This document shows positions 27,670-35,525 of a stretch of 64,000 nucleotides of DNA, piece after piece (position 1 is the stretch's first letter; every line of letters begins with the position of its first letter). Made by a program: the position numbers and the translations under genes. The DNA comes from a virus (lineage: Duplodnaviria > Caudoviricetes), in the IMG/VR virus record IMGVR_UViG_3300023055_000005; one strand, given 5' to 3'. Under the pieces are notes generated by a model that saw only the letters and a program-made list of their open reading frames with translations, had not been told where the DNA came from and did no database searches.

Positions 27670-28752
27670 ATGCATAGCCAGCCTCCCTTCCCACGCGGTG
27701 GCAATCAGCCCCCTGGGAACTTTCCGGATCAAGACAGTTGGAGCGCGGCCCCGCCGGTACATGGACGTCGGCCTCCTGCACATGGTCACCACGATCCGCA
27801 CAATCATGGCCACTCGCACCCGCGCCCTGATCACCGGCACTACGAGCATTTCCCGCATCAGCATCGCCACCCTGAAGCGTGGCAGTGCCCCGAGCCGATC
27901 TTCCCGTACAACAAACCGGGCAAGCATGTCCTGATTGATCTGATCAACCGGGCCAACGAAACCGACTTCTCTCCTGATCAGCTTGAACTGAGTGCACCGG
28001 CCGCACTTGGCAACACGCTGACCCAGGTGCACATCACCCCGACGCAGAAGACCGGGTGGTGCAGCAGCGATACCTTCACCTACCATCGCATGTTGATGGA
28101 GGCGTATCTGGGCAAGACCCACATCAACCTGCATGTGGACGCCCGGATGACCAAGGAAAGCGTCGCCCAAGCCATGCGTGATCGTTACCGCATCTGGCTG
28201 GACATGGAAGACTTCGACGTGGACTTCTCCAACTGCCCGCCGAGTTGGCTGCAGCGTGGTCATTTCCTCGCGCGCCTGCGCTTCCGTCCGAACTGCCTGG
28301 TGTGGATCGGTGCAATGGAAGTGGTCCTGATCCCGGACAATCGTCTCAGTGCGATGATCTGCGTCACCGATCTTTCCGGCTTCATCTATCCAGACCATCT
28401 CGGTGGACAGGGTCGCAAGCAACTGGCCGAGTCGTACTACCAGGATTTGGAAGGCACCATCCTCTTCCAAAACCTGTTGAAGTATCGTGTCGGTGAACCG
28501 GTGCGTACCCACGACGGCAAGTGGCGCGATGGCACGCGACTGACTGGCGACTTCTGGATCTCTTCCCCGCAGGAAGTTGAGTTCAATGTCTCCGGCGCTC
28601 GCATCCTGTACAACGGTCGCAATGATGGTCCGTGGCACTGCGGCTGTGATGACTACAGCCATGTACTGGTGATCGAGCTTGGCCCGCTGTGCAAGAACCT
28701 GCGCGGCAAGCTGGTCATCCCCTACGACGTGCGTCGTGAGAAGCCTTACTAA
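27670..28752 (+). CDS. Tail paralog 8 with His/Pro-rich N-terminal extension
   Basis: YNKPGKHVLIDLINRAN…LSAMICVTDLSGFIYP module preceded by a region with 15 His in 67 aa; GGAG RBS. Confidence 0.75.
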   Translation: MHSQPPFPRGGNQPPGNFPDQDSWSAAPPVHGRRPPAHGHHDPHNHGHSHPRPDHRHYEHFPHQHRHPEAWQCPEPIFPYNKPGKHVLIDLINRANETDFSPDQLELSAPAALGNTLTQVHITPTQKTGWCSSDTFTYHRMLMEAYLGKTHINLHVDARMTKESVAQAMRDRYRIWLDMEDFDVDFSNCPPSWLQRGHFLARLRFRPNCLVWIGAMEVVLIPDNRLSAMICVTDLSGFIYPDHLGGQGRKQLAESYYQDLEGTILFQNLLKYRVGEPVRTHDGKWRDGTRLTGDFWISSPQEVEFNVSGARILYNGRNDGPWHCGCDDYSHVLVIELGPLCKNLRGKLVIPYDVRREKPY

Positions 28753-28827
28753 GCCTCTGTAGAGAATTACCTCTAGCACGCTATCGTATAGCGCGACTTA
28801 CGTCAAAACGAACAAAGGTATTCCCAC

Positions 28828-29688
28828 GTGAAAATCATTACCCGTACTGGCTACGGCTGCCTGCGTCAGACCGAGCTGCTGATCGGCAAGCCCTACAAGG
28901 CGCTGCCCAACAGCACACTCAACGAGAAGTTCGAAGTACAGGCCAACGTGGTCCCCGAAGCTGGCAAGATACCCTACCTTGGCTACTACAGCATCGGTCA
29001 GGGTGGTCACCGCAACGAGACCGGCGCCGATGGCTTCCCGCTGACCAGCCCGATCGACCATCGTCCCACCGACGCTGGCCTGTTCCGCTTCCTGCCGTTC
29101 GTCTTGCGTGAGCTGACCAACGACCTGGACAGCGGCGCCCGCAGTCGCTATGCGATGCGCAAGATCATCCAGGTGGATGGCCGCAACTACGTGGCGTACT
29201 ACCTGAAGAAGATCCCGATGGACTCGGTGTCCCCGGACATCTACTACAACCGTGTGGTCGATGGTCAGGTCACCACGACCCCGTTCCGTCCGGACAACAG
29301 CAACCTCAACCCGACCCCGCCGGAGATCCCCAACACCGGCACCGTCACCACCTCGGGCGACTACCTGTCCGTGTCGGCGATCCTGCCGCTGGACTTCACC
29401 GCCAACGACGTGGCCGAGCTGGTCAACGCGATCCGCATCCTGTACAAGGACGAGCGTTACGCGGTGATCTCGGAAATCGCCATGGTCACTGCATCGGCCA
29501 AGGTTGTCACCGGTCCGGGTCCGGGTAACACCACGATCCAGTACGAAGAAGCAGTGGCTGCACAGATCGCCGCCCACATGACCGGCCACTACCCGGTGGG
29601 CTTCACCAACATGGGCTTCAACCTGAAGGTGAACCTGGGCGCGACCGAGCCGATGTTCAAGCCGTCGGCTGTTACCACCGGTAACTAA
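28828..29688 (+). CDS. Virion structural protein (phiKZ gp139-like, baseplate region)
   Basis: GTG start; TRTGYG…PNSTLNEKF…YYSIGQGGH…LFRFLPFVLRELTNDL…NYVAYYLKKI…YAVISEIAMVTA. Confidence 0.7.
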   Translation: MKIITRTGYGCLRQTELLIGKPYKALPNSTLNEKFEVQANVVPEAGKIPYLGYYSIGQGGHRNETGADGFPLTSPIDHRPTDAGLFRFLPFVLRELTNDLDSGARSRYAMRKIIQVDGRNYVAYYLKKIPMDSVSPDIYYNRVVDGQVTTTPFRPDNSNLNPTPPEIPNTGTVTTSGDYLSVSAILPLDFTANDVAELVNAIRILYKDERYAVISEIAMVTASAKVVTGPGPGNTTIQYEEAVAAQIAAHMTGHYPVGFTNMGFNLKVNLGATEPMFKPSAVTTGN

Positions 29689-29705
29689 TCCAGCGAGGTT
29701 CTCTT

Positions 29706-30326
29706 ATGCTGGTGATGCCGGATCGAGGTAGGGAGTACCGGGTGCTCGGAGTCGACCCCGGTGGTTTCTGTCTAGGTGCAGCAATCTTGGAGATCAACTT
29801 CGAGACCTCTACCGTTGAGGTCATCCACGCTGATACTGTCCATACCGGCAATGCTGATGTCCGATACCCCGTGTTGCATGAAGTGCACGGGGGTCGGGTT
29901 CCTCGACATCGAATGCTGGAGGACGAGATTGCTTGCCTCCTGCGCACATTCGAACCCAATGCGGTGATTTCCGAATCGCCGTTTATGCGCAAGTTTGCCA
30001 AGGTCTTCCATGCGCTGATCGAATGTGTTTACCTTCTCCGTTTCGCACTGCGACAGTTTGATGAATACATCCCGCTGTTGGCAGTGGATCCTCCATCGGT
30101 GAAGATGGCTGTGGGCGGTACTGGTAAGAGCGATAAGGACGCAATGAAGCGTCTGGTTTGCAAAGTACCTAATCTTACCTTTGCCGAGGGCATCGATTAC
30201 GATTCACTGGATGAACATTCCGTGGACGCAATTGCTATCGCCTACTGCCACTGCGCACACCTGCTAGGTTGCGCTAGAGAGGTTAAACCCAATGAAAATG
30301 CGCGACGCCGTAAAGGTCGTCGGTGA
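29706..30326 (+). CDS. ruvC: RuvC-like Holliday junction resolvase
   Basis: Catalytic motifs VLGVDPG, VISESP and EHSVDAIAIAY; PPSVKMAVGGTGKSDKDAM. Confidence 0.85.
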   Translation: MLVMPDRGREYRVLGVDPGGFCLGAAILEINFETSTVEVIHADTVHTGNADVRYPVLHEVHGGRVPRHRMLEDEIACLLRTFEPNAVISESPFMRKFAKVFHALIECVYLLRFALRQFDEYIPLLAVDPPSVKMAVGGTGKSDKDAMKRLVCKVPNLTFAEGIDYDSLDEHSVDAIAIAYCHCAHLLGCAREVKPNENARRRKGRR

Positions 30327-30765
30327 ACTGACCCTGGCGGATTTTCCCTGGGGTCAGCGCATTGTCGACTATACCAACGATTTCCTGGAAGAGGCTGAGG
30401 TCACCTTGGCCACCACGGGCGTTGAGCTGTTGGCTGAGATCGGCAAGCTGCCTGTGGAAAAGCAGGAAGCGTTGCTGGCTCTGTCGTTGAAGATTCGCAA
30501 GGTCGCCAAGAAGACCGTCAAGAAGGAAAAGAAGCACGCTGGGTTGATCGAGTCCTTGGTCAAGAACCCGCGGTTGCTGATGCTGATGTTGGTGCTCACC
30601 GCTTCGGTGGTCATCGCTTTCCTGGTCATCCTGGCGGTCAACGCATCAGCCGTGAAGAACGGCACTGCCCCGGATCAGGGATTGATCGATGCGGTGTTTA
30701 AGTTCCTGATTGAACTTGTCAAGGCATTCACGGGCTCCGGAGCTACTCCCACCCCCGCGATGTAG
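30292..30765 (+). CDS. Membrane protein (holin-like candidate)
   Basis: Basic stretch KIRKVAKKTVKKEKK, then a long hydrophobic helix LLMLMLVLTASVVIAFLVILAV and a second amphipathic helix. Confidence 0.6.
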   Translation: MKMRDAVKVVGELTLADFPWGQRIVDYTNDFLEEAEVTLATTGVELLAEIGKLPVEKQEALLALSLKIRKVAKKTVKKEKKHAGLIESLVKNPRLLMLMLVLTASVVIAFLVILAVNASAVKNGTAPDQGLIDAVFKFLIELVKAFTGSGATPTPAM

Positions 30766-30800
30766 CGCACCTTAGTCTAGCTGCGCGATAAAGATTCAGG

Positions 30801-30838
30801 TCATATCGCCCCTCCCCGAAGGGAGGGGCTTTATGCCG
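30801..30838. terminator. CATA-hairpin-TATGCCG element between convergent genes
   Basis: TCATATC-GCCCCTCCC-CGAA-GGGAGGGGC-TTTATGCCG. Confidence 0.75.
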
Positions 30839-31522
30839 TTACGGGACTTTCTTGTTGAAGGTGATCTTCAGGCGACCTTCCCTGGGGAAGGGCATGAACT
30901 CGGTCGGCACCGCCACCTGGAGGAGGCCGAACTTGGCGCGGAACGACGGATTGGTTGCAGTACCTTCCCGCATGGCGGTGGGTAAGATATCCGTGGCGTA
31001 GACCTGCGCCTCGCCGCTGTTCGGAGTGAACTCAAACTCCACATCGCTGATGGCCCAGTCGATCGTCGTGCTATCGTCAGCGTTGATGACACGATCGTTG
31101 ACCATCAGAACGAGCGTATCCCACTGTCCGGTGTTACCGCCGCCAGGAGTGGCGAGGATACGACCAATGGTAGCTGAGAGCACCTGACTGACACTGGTGG
31201 TCAACAGATACCCAAGCGGCTGATCGTTTCGGACCGTACCCGAGTAACGACGGGCAGCGTGGTAGCCGACTCGTGGAGAGCCACCATCGCTGAGACTGTC
31301 ATTGCCAACGAAGGCCTCGAAGACGATCTTGGTGAAGGGCGGACCACTGGGGGCGTCGTCGAAGATCGGAAGCATGGCGCCGTTGACCTTCTGCCAACCC
31401 TTCACGATCGACACCTGCCGACCAACCCAGTTGCCGTTTTCAAAGGACTGGGTAATGAGGGAAGGTTTCACGGTCAACATCTGCCCACTGCGCTTGGTGA
31501 GAAAGTCAATCTTCCGAGCCAT
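30839..31522 (-). CDS. Tail-associated hypothetical protein
   Basis: AAGGAGGAGGAG RBS before MARKIDF; the IVKGWQKVNG motif resembles small tail-fibre-associated proteins. Confidence 0.65.
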   Translation of the reverse strand: MARKIDFLTKRSGQMLTVKPSLITQSFENGNWVGRQVSIVKGWQKVNGAMLPIFDDAPSGPPFTKIVFEAFVGNDSLSDGGSPRVGYHAARRYSGTVRNDQPLGYLLTTSVSQVLSATIGRILATPGGGNTGQWDTLVLMVNDRVINADDSTTIDWAISDVEFEFTPNSGEAQVYATDILPTAMREGTATNPSFRAKFGLLQVAVPTEFMPFPREGRLKITFNKKVP

Positions 31523-32204
31523 GCTCCTCCTCCTTACCTTCGCACTGGGCAATGAAGCCGTTGGTGCGGAAGTGATCAGCCGCGGCAGCCATCAAGTCCC
31601 CACCGACCTTGTAGGGATGGTCGAATTCCAACACACCGAGCTTGCTCGGATCCCACTCGCCGGTGATGGTGGAACCACCTTCGCAGTAGGAAATCCCCTC
31701 GTAGCTGATCTTGTCGTAGACCTGCTCCAAGTTCATGTTGTCCGGCGACTGCCACACGGCACGGTGGGTGACCGCACGCACGCCTACCTTCACATCGTCC
31801 TTGGTGGAGGTGACGATACGTGCCTTGTGGCCGTTAACCCGACGAACCATCTCATCGGGGGAGACCATCGAACGCTTGCCCGGAACGACCACGGTCAGGA
31901 AGTCGGCGATGGCGATCTTCTCCAACTGTTCGATCGTGTAGTCACCATCCTTGATGAGCACACCGAACTTCGCACCATTCAGGTACGGAGTGGCGTTGAC
32001 GTAGTCGCGGTCCTTCTCCGGCTGGTTCTTCCAGAGCACCAGTGTGTACACCAGTGCACGGAAGTTGACCGGCTGGGGAGCGCTGTGCAGTTCGAGCTTG
32101 TTGATCCGCATGATCGCCCGGTAGATGGTCGAGCCGCCCACCGGGAGATTGGCGACTACGAACATGCCGCGGTTGTTGTCGACGATGTTTTCTTCATCGG
32201 CCAT
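31506..32204 (-). CDS. Tail-associated hypothetical protein
   Basis: 232 aa ORF coupled to its neighbours in the tail-fibre operon. Confidence 0.7.
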   Translation of the reverse strand: MADEENIVDNNRGMFVVANLPVGGSTIYRAIMRINKLELHSAPQPVNFRALVYTLVLWKNQPEKDRDYVNATPYLNGAKFGVLIKDGDYTIEQLEKIAIADFLTVVVPGKRSMVSPDEMVRRVNGHKARIVTSTKDDVKVGVRAVTHRAVWQSPDNMNLEQVYDKISYEGISYCEGGSTITGEWDPSKLGVLEFDHPYKVGGDLMAAAADHFRTNGFIAQCEGKEEEHGSED

Positions 32205-32207
32205 GAC

Positions 32208-32585
32208 TTAGGCTCCCGTCTGGAACCAGACCGCACCATCGGGCAGGTTGTTGATTTCCGCCTGGGTTGGTGCGTGGTCGGCCACGACGAACATGGTGAT
32301 CTGCTCGGAGGTCGGACGACTACCGATGCCGGACTGGATCGCCTGCTGCATCTGGGCGTTCGTCGGACGCGAGGACAAGCCATCGGTCAAGGCCTGCTTG
32401 GTAGCCAGATCCTTGGTCGCGTCGCTGATGGCGGTGTTGACAGCCTGCGTGCTCGGCTTGGAGCTCAGGCCCTCGGTGAGCGCCTGCGTGGTTGCGTAGC
32501 CTTTCAGCTTGTCAACCACAGATGTCACGAAGTCTTCGATCGACTTCTTCAGTGCCTGCAAGAGGGCGGGGGTGCTGTCGCTCAT
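32208..32585 (-). CDS. Small protein with internal helical repeats (tail-associated)
   Basis: Repeats ATTQALTEGLSSKPS / ATKQALTDGLSSRPT / QSGIGSRPT; C-terminal PTQAEINNLPDGAVWFQT; GAGG RBS. Confidence 0.65.
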   Translation of the reverse strand: MSDSTPALLQALKKSIEDFVTSVVDKLKGYATTQALTEGLSSKPSTQAVNTAISDATKDLATKQALTDGLSSRPTNAQMQQAIQSGIGSRPTSEQITMFVVADHAPTQAEINNLPDGAVWFQTGA

Positions 32586-32594
32586 GATTACCTC

Positions 32595-35510
32595 TTATTT
32601 CCAGATGAGGGTGCCGGGTCTGCTGGGCAGTCCGCCACTGACGGGGATACCTTGGCCGCATGGTGCAATCGACAGTCTGCCACCACCGTAACCAATCACC
32701 TTGTTCATCATCAGCCGCTCGATGGCTGAGCCGTTGGTAATGATCGTGCCGATGTGCATCCGCTGAGCGGTATCGGCATACTTGGTCTGGGTGATTTCAT
32801 ATCCCGGACGAGGGACAGTGACCGCGTAGACGTGGAACGTCTTGTTTGCGGGGTTAGCGATGACGTCTGCCAAGTTGAACGAAGCTGGCTGGAGTTCATA
32901 ATAACGTCCGCCCAGCACCAACGGTTCGACCTGATTGAACGAGACGGTCCACGCCGAGGCCATCTGTGCGCTGGCCAACACGATCCACTTGGTGCGATCT
33001 TGTTCGATTGCCCAGTTCTTCATCATCTCAGCATTACTGGCCACAGGGGCGAGCAGCGCCTTGGTAACAAAGTCAGCATCACCGTTGGTGTCAATCATCT
33101 CACACAGACCAACGCCAGCCAGCGCCACGATGCCACGCAGGTTGGGCGCGGAGTTGGAGCGACGTGCTGCCCAGTAGGTGCCATCGACCACCTTGCCATC
33201 GGAACGACGCAAGGCAAAGCGAGAATCGAAGATCGCCGCTGCGCCTGAGTTGTTGTGGCTGTTGGCCATGCGCAAACCGATCAGGTAAGTATCGGCCGTC
33301 TGGTAGGCTTGGAAATAAGCCGACCTGCGGGAGATGTCCTGCACACCGATGGTGTACGTGCTGGGTCCACCGGCTACTCGCACGCTACCAATCAGATCCT
33401 TCAGAGTCGGAGTGATAGCATTGAATCGAGCAGAGTTTAGCGTCCATGCATAGACCCACGTGCTGCCGTCCTCAAATACCACCGGGACGTTCAGGATGGG
33501 AGGCAGGTCCGCCATCTCAGTTGTGATGATCTCCAACGCCATGGAGCGAGGCACATTCGGAGCCATGGCTGCCACAACAGCCAGTCGCAGGTTCTCCAGC
33601 GGACCGGATGCGATGTTGATGGGGATGGATGCCGTCCCATCGGCCGCCAAACGCATCATACCGCCACCGCGCAGTCCGTTGGCTATCACGCCAAGGCTCG
33701 TGGTGACCGTGCCGTTGGTGGCCACTACGGAGGCGGGATAGATGGTGTCCTGATAATGGTCAACAACATCACTCACGAACATTCGACGCGTGCTCGGAGC
33801 AAAGCCGGTGTAGCTGCCATTGTAGAGCGACTTGTAGGTGAAGCCACTCGCCCCGATGGAGAACAGGGCGTGAGCGGCCGTACTCTGGCCATCGTTCCGA
33901 CGTCCGAAGCTGTGGACCAGCCAACCCGAGGGAATCGGAACAGGGGAGCTGTTGAACTGACCCAGTGCCGATGGTGCAGGCGGATAGGAGTTGTCGCCAG
34001 TTGCCCACTGCGTACGCGGGCAGGTCATCGGCAGGTAGCCATTGACCTTCGGGCTATTCGGACCAGCTGCAGACTTGCCGCGGTTGAAGCGGTTCGGACT
34101 GAACTGGTAGTAGCCGTCGGTGAACACGTAGACCGTGCCATCATCTGCCACCGTGAGCGATGCCTGCTGATCGCTGTCCCCGTAGCCGAGATACTCGCTG
34201 TTGGGCATGGTGTACGTCGGACCACTGACCGTAGCAGTATCGGCAATGTCACTGACGATAACCTTGGCCGGGGGATTGTCAGGCAACGACCCAGCACCAG
34301 CCTTCACTTCGAAGTGAGACGACGTCGGGGTCAACGTGAGCTCGTATTCGAAGTTGAACCGGTGAGTGAGGAAGCCGGAGAAGTTGGTGATGCTGGTACG
34401 CCGCACCCCTCGGAAGCATCCCTTCACCTTGCCCGAGACCGGGTCGTAGATCGAGAAGATCGAGGGACGATGATTGACACCCACGAACGGGCGCAACGTA
34501 TCGCGAGCACCGGGGCAGTGGAAGAACGGCTTGTCCGACACCACCCTGGAAGCGATGCACTCGGTGAGACGATGGATGTTGGCCGGCGTACCAGCGCGAG
34601 GCGTTTCGCCGTACAGATCCTTCGTCGTGCAGTTGGCGATGCGGATGGGCTCAACCAGCGCCTGATTGCCCGCGGAGAATGCGGCGATCGGGAAGAAGTG
34701 AACAGCGAAGTCCAGCTTCTGGTTCTGGTTGTCGCGCACGTCAGCCATCGTGAGGACGTAGACTCCCTCAGGCTTCAGGATGCACTCGCCACGATGCAGG
34801 TAGTCGCCAAACCACGTCGGGTCGATCAGGATGCCACGATGATTGGCTCCGAAGATCGAACCATCCATCAGCGAGATGAAGCACTCACCAAACTCGCCAG
34901 TGGCCAGGTTCTGCACCTTACCTGCGATCACACCAGCGCCGCCCTGGAACACGTAGGCGCTCGTCTTACCTGCCGGGAAGTACGGAGCCTTGTAGCGGTT
35001 GTTGGTGTAGATCATCGTGCCGCGTGCGGCCGTGGAGGCGTCTTCGCTGTAGCAGAGGAACGCGCCGATGTTACCGCCGTCCGTACCGTTGCGAATCAGA
35101 GCGACCGAACCATCCGGCTCCACGTTCATCACCGACCAGCGAATCTCCTGATAACGGAAGGCTGCTTCGAAAGCACCCGAGGTATCAATCGGGTACTCGT
35201 TCTGTCGACCGAAGCTGATCACCGGACATGCGTCCGCGGGCAGGGTCGTCTCCAGAGCCGACAGGAGCGTCGGCTTGTCGTAGGAACCCACCTGCGCGGC
35301 AGTGACACCGTGCGGGTTGTTGGTGCGCCCTGAGTGCGCCATGAAGCGTTCTACGAAGGCGTAGTACCAATCCGTGAAGACGTTGCCGCCAAGATTGGTA
35401 GTGTCATCCGAAGTGATCGCACCATTGGGTTTGAGCTTGGACTTTGCGATAGCGGATGCGAGGAAGGCATCCAGCTTCGCTCGCATTGCCGCCAATCCTT
35501 TCGTACTCAT
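32595..35510 (-). CDS. Tail fibre/receptor-binding protein A
   Basis: 971 aa; N-terminal NNPHGVTAAQVG; C-terminal domain shared with the two upstream genes; beta-rich centre. Confidence 0.75.
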   Translation of the reverse strand: MSTKGLAAMRAKLDAFLASAIAKSKLKPNGAITSDDTTNLGGNVFTDWYYAFVERFMAHSGRTNNPHGVTAAQVGSYDKPTLLSALETTLPADACPVISFGRQNEYPIDTSGAFEAAFRYQEIRWSVMNVEPDGSVALIRNGTDGGNIGAFLCYSEDASTAARGTMIYTNNRYKAPYFPAGKTSAYVFQGGAGVIAGKVQNLATGEFGECFISLMDGSIFGANHRGILIDPTWFGDYLHRGECILKPEGVYVLTMADVRDNQNQKLDFAVHFFPIAAFSAGNQALVEPIRIANCTTKDLYGETPRAGTPANIHRLTECIASRVVSDKPFFHCPGARDTLRPFVGVNHRPSIFSIYDPVSGKVKGCFRGVRRTSITNFSGFLTHRFNFEYELTLTPTSSHFEVKAGAGSLPDNPPAKVIVSDIADTATVSGPTYTMPNSEYLGYGDSDQQASLTVADDGTVYVFTDGYYQFSPNRFNRGKSAAGPNSPKVNGYLPMTCPRTQWATGDNSYPPAPSALGQFNSSPVPIPSGWLVHSFGRRNDGQSTAAHALFSIGASGFTYKSLYNGSYTGFAPSTRRMFVSDVVDHYQDTIYPASVVATNGTVTTSLGVIANGLRGGGMMRLAADGTASIPINIASGPLENLRLAVVAAMAPNVPRSMALEIITTEMADLPPILNVPVVFEDGSTWVYAWTLNSARFNAITPTLKDLIGSVRVAGGPSTYTIGVQDISRRSAYFQAYQTADTYLIGLRMANSHNNSGAAAIFDSRFALRRSDGKVVDGTYWAARRSNSAPNLRGIVALAGVGLCEMIDTNGDADFVTKALLAPVASNAEMMKNWAIEQDRTKWIVLASAQMASAWTVSFNQVEPLVLGGRYYELQPASFNLADVIANPANKTFHVYAVTVPRPGYEITQTKYADTAQRMHIGTIITNGSAIERLMMNKVIGYGGGRLSIAPCGQGIPVSGGLPSRPGTLIWK

Positions 35511-35525
35511 CTTTCACCTTTCTGT

